Of a DNA stretch of 64,000 bases, positions 53,001 to 64,000 are shown piece by piece. Source of the stretch: Paragordius varius (taxonomy: Eukaryota > Animalia > Nematomorpha); the NCBI GenBank assembly GCA_964247055.1, contig OZ176056.1, positions 5,456,001-5,520,000 on the forward strand, given 5' to 3'. Both the position numbers and the translations under genes were made by a program. The notes below the pieces were generated by a model that was not told where the DNA came from, made no database searches, and saw only the letters and a program-made list of their open reading frames with translations. How positions within the stretch are numbered: position 1 is the stretch's first letter; every line of letters begins with the position of its first letter.

Positions 53001-55770
53001 GTTATTACAATATATTAAAAAAAATAAATAAAATTAATTACCGGTGTCGCCTAACATAATAATTATATGATATAAATAAATATTGGCTATATCAATTTGA
53101 TTGGTGCGAGGTTTATGATATTATAACCCAAGAAGACTAATATTTTAGCAATCATAGATGATTAACGGCAAACTATATTAATGCCAAAATATAAGTTACC
53201 TTGATTTAATTTTTAAAGTTTAATTTTATGCGCTTATTCGTCAATACTACAATTTTGAGTCTTGCTTACAGTAAAGATATATGTAATATTATGGGCCGCT
53301 AGTTGTTAAAGCCTCGACACCTGATATAATTTAAGAGTAAACTTATATATATATATATATATCAGTTATTAAATAAAATGTGTAATCATTGGATCGAAAT
53401 CAATTATAATAGATAAAAAGTATGTTTAAATATTCATTAGTAACTTAGAAAATACAATATTTTAACGTATGTTAGTAATTTTGTCGCAAAATTTTGACTT
53501 TCGTCCGTTTAAAAAAATGGATTGTTCGTTTTTACTGAATGTTAAAAATGCAAAATTAAATTTAAATTTTGATGCAACATTTTTTGGAAAAAAAATTATT
53601 TATACCTTGGGGCATTTGGCTTGTATTGACAATTTAGTCGAATACGAAACCCAAAAGATATTCTCACACATTTTAAATCAAATAATTTGACACCAAAAAA
53701 CAATTTTACCACTATATTTCATTTTGCTAGCCGTGAAAGTTAGAACCCCAGCCCGACAGGCGAGTTGTTAAAAAAGTTTAAAGTTCTGATACAATTTTAG
53801 TCCTTTACCCTTATATTTAACAGAGACCCTATCTATATTATTCATTATTAAGATTACTTCTAAATTTTTTAGCTTTATTATTTATATGCCCGTGTGTATA
53901 TTGCATATATCAGCCAAGAACCGCAATTTACACCTTAAATGCACCTCCAAGCATTTTATATTCACCCTCAAACAACTCATTACCTTCAAATAATTTAAAT
54001 CACCCTTGAACTATTCAACCTTAAAAATAAATTATGTGGTTTCAAAATATAAATTATCATTAAAATGGCGAGTTTAATTTTTTTTGGCAAAATTTTAATT
54101 ATTTTTAAATTCAAATGCGAGGATATATATTAATTGCCACTTTAATTGCTCAAATTAATAATAAATATAATTACGGTAGTCGTCTATTTGCCAAAAATTA
54201 TATATTCAAACATTTGTTATTACAATATATTATAAAAAATAAATAAAATTAATTACCGGTGTCGCCTAACATAATAATTATATGATATAAATAAATATTG
54301 GCTATATCAATTTGATTGGTGCGAGGTTTATGATTTTATAACCCAAGAAGACTAATATTTTAGCAATCATAGATGATTAACGGCAAACTATATTAATGCC
54401 AAAATATAAGTTACCTTGATTTAATTTTTAAAGTTTAATTTTATGCGCTTATTCGTCAATACTACAATTTTGAGTCTTGCTTACAGTAAAGATATATGTA
54501 ATATTATGGGCCGCTAGTTGTTAAAGCCTCGACACCTGATATAATTTAAGAGTAAACTTATATATATATATATATATCAGTTATTAAATAAAATGTGTAA
54601 TCATTGGATCGAAATCAATTATAATAGATAAAAAGTATGTTTAAATATTCATTAGTAACTTAGAAAATACAATATTTTAACGTATGTTAGTAATTTTGTC
54701 GCAAAATTTTGACTTTCGTCCGTTTAAAAAAATGGATTGTTCGTTTTTACTGAATGTTAAAAATGCAAAATTAAATTTAAATTTTGATGCAACATTTTTT
54801 GGAAAAAAAATTATTTATACCTTGGGGCATTTGGCTTGTATTGACAATTTAGTCGAATACGAAACCCAAAAGATATTCTCACACATTTTAAATCAAATAA
54901 TTTGACACCAAAAAACAATTTTACCACTATATTTCATTTTGCTAGCCGTGAAAGTTAGAACCCCAGCCCGACAGGCGAGTTGTTAAAAAAGTTTAAAGTT
55001 CTGATACAATTTTAGTCCTTTACCCTTATATTTAACAGAGACCCTATCTATATTATTCATTATTAAGATTACTTCTAAATTTTTTAGCTTTATTATTTAT
55101 ATGCCCGTGTGTATATTGCATACATCAGCCAAGAACCGCAATTTACACCTTAAATGCACCTCCAAGCATTTTATATTCACCCTCAAACAACTCATTACCT
55201 TCAAATAATTTAAATCACCCTTGAACTATTCAACCTTAAAAATAAATTATGTGGTTTCAAAATATAAATTATCATTAAAATGGCGAGTTTAATTTTTTTT
55301 GGCAAAATTTTAATTATTTTTAAATTCAAATGCGAGGATATATATTAATTGCCACTTTAATTGCTCAAATTAATAATAAATATAATTACGGTAGTCGCCT
55401 ATTTGCCAAAAATTATATATTCAAACATTTGTTATCACAATATATTATAAAAAATTAACAAATTAATTACCTATGTCGCCTAACATATAAATATATGATA
55501 TAAATAAATATTGGCTATATCAATCTTGATTGGTGCGAGGTTTATGATTTTATAACCCAAGAAGACTAATATTTTATCAATCATAGATGATTAACGGCAA
55601 ACTATATTAAGGCTAAAATATTAGAAATTTTACCTTGATTTAATTTTTAAAGTTTAATTTTATGCGCTTATTCGTAAATACTACAATTTGTCTTCTTACA
55701 GTAACGATATATGTAATATTATGGGCCGCTAGTTATTAAAGCTTGACACCTGATATAATTTAAATCTAAA

Positions 55771-55828
<58 letters not shown>

Positions 55829-56940
55829 TTGGAAGGATATATAGGCCCATAAAAGATAAATATTCAGTCTTTTTATTATATCCTGCACCGTTCAATGCTT
55901 ATTAAAATAATTGACGTTAATATTTATAAACTCTTTTAATATGTTGATTTTAAATTGTAACCACAGTTGATTAATTGAATTACTCTTTAGAAATGTGGAA
56001 AAAAACTATATATATTTTGAATAATGTTTTTAAAGAAGCATCCTGATAAAAATATTTTATTTTATTGGAAATAAAATATGCGCTTTATGATGCTTACGAG
56101 TTATTGATGGTTTTGTGATAATTATTTAATACGGGAATCTATCCCACACAAATTGGCTTATTTATAATTAATTAGAGAGCTTTACTCCACATTATGTAAA
56201 ATATTAAATTTGGGTTTATTGATGTTATATTGGATAAGGATATAGGAAGATTAATCATTGGATTGAAATCAATTATAATAAATAAAAAGACGTATTTTTA
56301 AATATTCATTAGTAACTTAGTAAAATACAATTTTACCGTATGTTAGTAATTTTTGTCGCAAAATTTTGACTTTTGTCCGTTATTAAAAATGGATTGTTCG
56401 TTTTTACTGAATCTTAAAAATGCAAAATTAAATTTAAATTTTGATGCAACATTTTTTGAAAAAATATTTTTACCTTGGGGCATTTTGCTTGTATCGAATA
56501 TTTATCACATACAAAACCCAAAGCATGAGATATTCTCATACATTTTAAATCAAATAATATGACACCAAAAAACAAATTTATTACTAAATTTTATTTGAGC
56601 TAGACGTCGCAGTTAGAACCCCAGCCCGACAGACGAGTTGTTAAAAAGTATTCAAGTTCCGATACAATTTTAGTTCTCTACCCTTATATATAACAGAAGG
56701 CCCTATCTATATTATTCATTATTATGATTAATTCAAAATTTTTTAGCCTCATGATTTATATGCGCGTGTGTATATTGAATACATCAGCCAAGAACCGCAA
56801 TTCACACCTTAAATGCACCTCCGAGCATTTTATATTCACTCTCAAACAATTCATTGCCCTCAACAATTTAAATTCACTCTTGAACTATTCAAAAAAATTA
56901 TGTGGTTTCAAAATATAAATCATCATTAAAATGGCGAGTT
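50070..56940. repeat. tandem array with a 1215-bp core period
   Basis: 52845-54060 and 54061-55277 are near identical (same ORF at 53469 and 54684). Longer copies at 50070-52845 and 55278-56940; older partial copy at 44950-45830. Confidence 0.9.
50905..52037. mobile_element. Tc1/mariner-like non-autonomous insertion
   Basis: Inserted at a TA of an empty site seen at about 56120. Degenerate TIRs CACTGCTCAACAA..GCACCACC / CACTAGTCGACAA..GCACCACC. Confidence 0.55.
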
Positions 56941-59900
56941 TATCATTTTTAGCATAAAGTTAATATAAAAGCAATTTCATTTTTTAAAAATATATAGGTA
57001 GTTTTTAACATTTGAAAACATAATATTATTTTAGAGGGAATTTAATGTTCGAAGATGAAATTAAATTGTGTAATCAACTATTGCAGATAAATGATAGCAA
57101 TCAATATAAAATTATAATGATAATATCAATTTTCAAATTTATGCAAAAATGACATAACATCACATAATTTTATTCAAAGTTATGAGATATATATAAATAT
57201 TAACCTTGTGTTTGGCAAGCATGTATTGTCCAATACAATATTAAACATATCCGAAGAAAATTCATTATGATAAAAACAATATTATATGAAGTTTGTTGTA
57301 AATAAAATAATATTAAATATTATGGAGTGATCAAATATTTATATTTGTTCTTTTTCAGTTAATTGTACTAGAACATATTAGTAGAAACTCAAATTAGTGC
57401 GTTAATTGATAAAATTTCTTAAAAACTCAGTAAATAACACCAGGCTTATAGCATATAAATAACCAGGTAAGATATTTTTAATTACCTTGAAAGGTAAAAC
57501 ATTTATAATGTTAAATACAATCGAACATATAATTTTCCCTTTTTTACAATGTTTATCGTTTTTTCCTAAAAATTAAGGTATTGAGTGATCCGAAGTACGT
57601 TAACCCAAACGATTTTTGAGCTAATTATAAAATAAAACAAACCTAGCGTCTAGACTATATGGGTAAAAATATTTATAATCTACATCGCAACATAAGAAAT
57701 TATATTAGATGCATATTATGTTTCATTATTTTAACAAATTATATAATATTCTAAATATTACGGTGTTGAAAATTTTGAATGTAGTTATTTAATAAATTAT
57801 TAGGATACTTTGTCACTTATATTTGTTTATTCCGAAAGGAATGTCCCGCATTTATGAAAACTTAAGGCAGGGTTAAAATAAATTAACATTTACTCTGTTT
57901 AATATTATAAATTTTTTTACCCAAATGATGTATAAATGAATAATTTTAAAAATTGTTTTTAAAAATTGTTTTTATAAACCATATTCGTATAACCAATGAT
58001 TATGTCTTACTACTAAAAGAAACTGTTAAAATTTAATTTTATGTTTCTAACCTAAAAAAAATTATATAAAAAGGTCAAAATATCTAAATAATATTTATAG
58101 TTTTGGAATGAATATTTCCGTATCAAACTACTTAGACGCCATTTTTATTTTACTACATTTTCGCATAATATCGTGTTTATTTGATATTATACCTAAAATT
58201 AATACCTAAATAGTCATATGTTTGCATTATATTTAAATTTAGCCTATACACACATGTCATGTTGGTACATTTGGATTTTATTTCTGAATAAGTAATATCT
58301 GTATTTTTGAATGAATTTGTTATAATATTTCGGTTTAGGGTTATAAAAGGCAAACTTTTGCCATGGTTGGAATTTTTTCCATATTTTTTGAAATAATTAA
58401 TTTTAAAGCCTGAGGTATTTAACTATGCTAATTATCGAAGGACTGAAATGAGTATAATGTTGATATTGTTCAATTTATATTATTGTTCAATGGCCAAACA
58501 AGAAATTAGTGTATGAGTTAAAAACAAGGCTTAAACCAGTTCAAAAAAAGTGGATGGAACCGGGTCGGTTGGACAAGTCGAACACAAATCGCGTTGCTTC
58601 GTAAAAATTTGAAAATAGAACCGGGGGTTCCTGATTTGTAACTGGAACTGGGGTGGTTCCTAAGCAAATAGCGGAACCGCGTTAGTTTCCTAAAAATTTA
58701 GCAGTTCCTGAACCGGTTTTTACAACTAGCAACAGTTTCATTTTCGGTTCCTGACTTTTGATTATTTGATTTTCGTACAAAACATTTATCATAAAAATTA
58801 TACAACCAAAATATCAACAATTATAAACCAAACAAGTTATAATAAATATCCAAATGTATTGTGAAAGTAATAGAATGTAGCATAATAGAAACAGATATAA
58901 TAGGAAATCCGAAAACGCCAATTTTTGAGCACATTTTTCCTTAAAGAATTTTTTCATGAAAAAGGGTTCATTCCAAAAAATCTCACTAATATATTTTTTT
59001 GCGTCTGTTTTATATTATTTTACATAAAGGGATTTTGGAAAGCTGACCACCTTATAAAATTGGAAAATTATTGGATTTTCTATTATAATTTATTTCGAAT
59101 ATTACTTAATTTTTGATTGGAATTTCAAGTGCCATATAGAAAATTTACAGACAAATAGATTATTTATGCCTAAGATTTGCTCAATTATTGTAAAAGATTG
59201 GAAAAATTTTATGTAAAGGCGCGATTGACCACGGTAATTTAAAGCATCAATTGACACAAAAGTTTTTTTAAAAGATATATTAATTTTAATCAAAATTTTG
59301 TGATTGGTTAGAAAATATATATCATCCGAAATTGGGTTTAGAATAAATATAATTTTTTAAAAAGGCTGCCAAGTATTGGCCGGATTTAAAGTAAAAAAGG
59401 AAAATAATTATTTAGTATTTTTATTTTGATTTATTGGTATAGGGTTATATTAATTATAGTCGATTCGGTGTTAAAACAAAATATACTGTCCTAGGATTTA
59501 TTATGCAAAATTAATGGATTATTGCAAAATATTATGTAGTCTATTTAAAGTCGTTATATAAAGGTCAAAGATTCTAAAAGAAATATGTGGTCGGTATCGT
59601 TTAGTTGCGATTCAAATAGTGACTCTTGTAAGGTTCTTGAAAAGGATGCTAATCGTGTGAAGGCTTCAATAAATTTGATATCTAAAAAAAAATTAAAAAA
59701 ATTATATTTTATTTATGATATGTAAATATATCATTATCGATTCGTTTCATATTCAATAAAAACGTTTACCTAAATAAAATATTTTCCAATCAATATATTT
59801 ATAAATATTCACTCATGTAAACGCATGTTTTAGAGAAGGAAAGGTATGGTATCCTACACTATTCTTATCCACCTTTTTACCAAAAACCTTGATTTCATAC

Positions 59901-59989
59901 CTTCTCCGAACATATTTATAATCCTTAAAAATCCTTAACATATTTCTCTTTACATTCACTCATTCTAATCAAATACTGAAAATGTTGAC

Positions 59990-62450
59990 ATCGCGTAATC
60001 TCAGCATCCGTATCAGACCGTGAAAATTACGGGGTGTGCTCATAACAATAATAACTTAGATTTAGTAGTAAACGAAATGACCAGGCGTAATGACATACTA
60101 GATTTCAAAATGACACTACCGGAACTTTAGTATTTGACATCATATAATGTATATTTCTGGCAATATATAACTCGTTGAAATACAACGTCGGTATAATATT
60201 GAATAAAAAGCTAGCTAATTTATCTGATTTTTCAATCCAATCAATGAGTGTATAATTTCAATCCGCATACAACCCCACCCATCACAATCTTTCAAATTTA
60301 CGGCACTCCTATTACAGCGATATAGACTGTGAAAAATTTTAAAGCGATTTCGACTTGGCGATTCAAATTTTAAATAAGGATATCAATTTATCTTAGGAGA
60401 CTTCAATTCTATCAGAAAAGACAAAAGTTTTATTTGACGGGTGGCTTTGGCCATAAAAACGAGAGAGGTAAATGGATCGAACTCTGTGCTTACCTACGTT
60501 TCTTCGCTCAAACACCTTTTAAACAACCTAAACGACGTCTATACTTATGGCGTTCCGTGTGTCAAAGGTACCGTAATTAAATTGACTTCTTATTAGGTAT
60601 GGTTAAATATAAAAGTGTATTTCATGATAAATGCTTGCCGCCAGATTGCTACAGCGACCTCAATTAATTCATCCCCAAACTCTGCATTAAATTACAACTA
60701 CCCAAAATATCCAAACACATTAAAACAAGATTGGATTCTTAATCGACAACAAATTTAGCACCGCTTTATCAAATCGTTTCGAGTGTCTTGATTATAATTC
60801 CGAAAACTGTCACAATATAAATTCTTTTGCAACGCTATACAGACAATTTGCAAAGATACAGCCGACGAATTTATACAGCCTTTCAAACATAAAAAAAGGC
60901 AAAAAGTATTGAGATCGCAGAAAAACGTAAATCAAATGCAAATAGAATTAATACAAACAACTAAACAGTCAATGTAAAAAGAGTTAAAGGACAAAAATAA
61001 ATACGACCAACTGTGCGAAAAGTTAGAAACACGCCAAAAATAACCGAAACCTTTTTGCCGATAATTCAACATAAAAATCTTTCTACAATGGATTTATGAG
61101 AAACGACAACAACTCAATCATCACTGAAAAAGACAAAATCCGCAAACTTTGGCTTAAACATATTAGTAAACTTTACGACGTAAATAACTTTCAGATTATG
61201 AATGAACCTACTCAATAAAGACACCCACCTATAATAAAAGGAGAAGTTGAATACGCTATAAAACACTCTAGTATCGGCAAATCACAAAGGTAAGACATCC
61301 CTAATTAAATAATAAAATATATTCCGATCGATAATTGAATTATTCCAAAATATATTTGATATAAAAACAATTCCTGATGATTGGTATAAATCAATTATGA
61401 TTAATATTTTAAAAAAGGTTATCCAGAACTGTGAAATATCCCACCATAGCGCTAATCAACCAAGGGTCCGAAGTTTCCCTAAAAATAATACAGGTTCGAC
61501 TTAAAACCATTATTACCCCGAAATATTTACATTCAGGCTGCTTTTCGAAAAGTTAGAGAATGCCGAAATATGATATGCAATATGAGGTGGAAACCAGAAA
61601 AACATATCCAACAAAGAACTGCACATTCGTTTTGTTGATTTTTCCAAAGCATTTGTTTTTTCTGACACAATAAATTACGAACATCCCTAAAACAACTTGG
61701 AAACCCATCTAATCAACGTCATATTCATTTACTTAAATTCCACAGCTGAAGTATATACTAATGCAAATCGGTTTATGCCAAGGATGCGTTCTATCTAATT
61801 CTTTAAGACATATATTGAATGCATACTAAGAAACAGGACAGAAACTTATGGCATCAACGTAGAAGAAAACTACTCACATCCGTTCATTATGTGGATGACA
61901 ATTTTATTCGCGTGCAGTGTAGACATATCGCAAGCTTTGCATATGAATGCGATAAATACGTATTCCCGGTTCAAACAACTAAGTCTAATCCTCAAACGGT
62001 AAGGGAAACGGTAAACAGTTACACGTATTTGGGCAGCATTGTAAACAATGACAAAAACTCTACTCCAGAAATAAAACGACGAATTGTTATCGCAAAAGAG
62101 TCACATTCAAATATAACAAGACTTGGACATCACATAACATTAAACTAAAAACCACCCACATTCTAATATGGGCGCGAAAGGTAGGCGCTGAAGAATTTGA
62201 CGGACGACTAATATTTTTTTTAAAAAATGGGTTTAGATGAGCTTCTGCAAATAAAATGAGAACAAATTTCTAATGCCACCATTTTAAATAAAACAAATCC
62301 GGAAATGTCACTACTAGGCAGTCTAATATATGACAAATACTAACTTTTTTGGCCACCTTATGTGATCTACCTCAAAATACTGATGCTGGAAAAGTGAGTG
62401 GTGCTCGTAAAAGATGAAGACGAAGAACTGGTTGGATGGATAAATACTCC
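59990..62450 (+). mobile_element. heavily degraded RTE LINE
   Basis: Relics DLVVNEMTRRNDIL, SYTYLGSIVNNDKNSTPEIKRRIVIAK and a terminal R..KNWLDG motif; many frameshifts. Confidence 0.75.
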
Positions 62451-63724
62451 TAACCAGCCAATCATAAACCAAACGCCAGATTCAATATATAGAAAGTTAT
62501 ATTTTCAGCAGTTATTTGGAATCGACCTTAGTAACAACAAAAATATATTGACTAACGTTAATCATTTTTTTAAGTAAGTAAATTAAATTATCAATATTTT
62601 CGGAAAATATAATTACCCCAAATAGAAATATATATGACCTATTTTTAATAAATAATTTTGGAAATTGTAAAATGTAAATTCCTTATTTCAAACTTAACCC
62701 ATCAGATTTTATATTTAAATAAATATGATTTAACAGCATTTAAATTAACTTATCATCTTTAAATTATTATGAAAATTATTTAGTTTAATTGTTAACCAAA
62801 CCTTATATTATTATTATGATTAAATTATCTATACATAAGAACAAAATGTTCACTTTTATAATATTCTAACTATGTAATAATATCGTCCAAACACCAATAT
62901 ATATTATTATTTATATTAATTATTATTTATTCTATTTATCATGCTTTTGGAAAACTATTTACAGATATGACGTTTCTAGAATAATTAATTTGGCTTTATT
63001 GCTAATTTATGACCTTCAATCACGAATTCTTAATTCGTATGAAATAATGTGCACTTGTCTAATTCTCTGTATGATTTTATGTTTAACTTAATATCTTTAC
63101 AGGAAATTTTGGATGTCTATATTATATTTTTTCGAGTTTTAAATAAAAACTTAAGTCATGCATATTAATTACACAGTGTCTACACTGTAACAACTATTCC
63201 AGCGTTTTTTTTTTAAATTTTAATTCATGCAATTCATTTTTCATTGTTATAAAATATTTTATGTGAATTTAAGTGACTCTTTACCCTTTGTTTGCGGATT
63301 TTTTGTCAACATTTTTTGATTTTTTTGAATAAACATCAATGTGCTAGCTTAATAAAAAAATTTGACTATTATCGGCAAATGATTTATTGCAGTTCTTACT
63401 CATATTTATCAGAAACCAAAATTTCACGACAAATCATAAGTATTTCATATACGATAAAAATTACGCATTTAATTATTTTACGTTACTCTATCCGAATTAC
63501 ACAATGTCCACAAAAAATTACCTATCGTTATATACATTCTGATAGCAAAATGGGTTTTGGCCCTTACGATTAATATAAAAGGGTGATTTACCTCCATATC
63601 TATGGCAAAATTTCCGCACATTTTTTGAATAATTTTTTTAATGAAGGATAAATGCTGCATTTATAAAGGTTACTCTTTAATTTTATTTATTATTCTAGAT
63701 ATTTATTTTTTTTGTAAAGAGGGT

Positions 63725-64000
63725 AAGTGGATTACTCTACGTTTCGTTCTCCCGGTCACCTCATATGGATGTGAGAGTTGGACTCTCAGAAAAAGGGACA
63801 AAGAAAGGCTCATGGCTTTTGAAAGGAGCTGCTGGCATAGGATGCTAGGATACACCTGGAAGGATAAAATTAAGAATGGAAATCTAACTTCAGAAATAAA
63901 ACCTAAAACAAACATCCTGGAGATAATTCTAAAAAAAGTTAACATATTTTGGTCACGTCATGCGATGTTTGGGAAGGTAGAAGGGCAAAGGAAACGAGGC
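63725..64000 (+). mobile_element. 5'-truncated RTE LINE fragment running off the window
   Basis: + strand reads SYGCESWTLRKRDKERLMAFERSCWHRMLGYTWKDK..TYFGHVMR. Confidence 0.8.

Noticed and set aside
53290-53325. GVEALTTSGP* short terminal exon candidate in tandem units
   Set aside because: Only 10 codons and frameshifted in the copy at about 55730.
57359-57466. + strand segment with strong acceptor and donor
   Set aside because: Stops in all three frames and no corroboration; at most a non-coding exon.
62461-62579. LFGIDLSNNKNI, an LRR-like motif followed by gtaagt
   Set aside because: Single motif at the 3' end of a decayed RTE, asymmetric phases, no partner exons.

Overview
Very AT-rich eukaryotic (metazoan-like) genomic DNA; GC looks about 20-25% by eye and was not computed. 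There are no prokaryotic-style genes, and almost all ORF-track entries are chance ORFs or transposon fragments. The main result is a cryptic minus-strand array (319-36749) of about 25 symmetric exon-like units. Each starts after AG with 2 nt of a split codon and ends in G|GT (phase 1-1), with length a multiple of 3 and no stop codon. It comprises five ~230-nt exons encoding an N-glycosylation-rich, FN3-like beta-sandwich and five families (called T, R, Q, U, V here) of 21-72-nt mini-exons encoding Asn/Ser/Thr/Gly/Glu-rich linkers. The mini-exons sit inside degenerate tandem repeats and are invisible to the ORF track. Because every intact unit ends in G, any-to-any splicing stays in frame and creates no stop. 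The array grew by nested duplication: a ~3.7-kb four-exon higher-order repeat, a ~21-kb segmental duplication and a 14-nt microhomology junction. It is interrupted by a near full-length RTE LINE and a 5-kb Foldback-like palindrome carrying a nested hAT element. The right part of the window holds a decayed Gypsy LTR element, a 1.2-kb tandem array, a Tc1-like insertion and two more RTE relics. No signal-peptide or start exon was identified, and expression is unverified.
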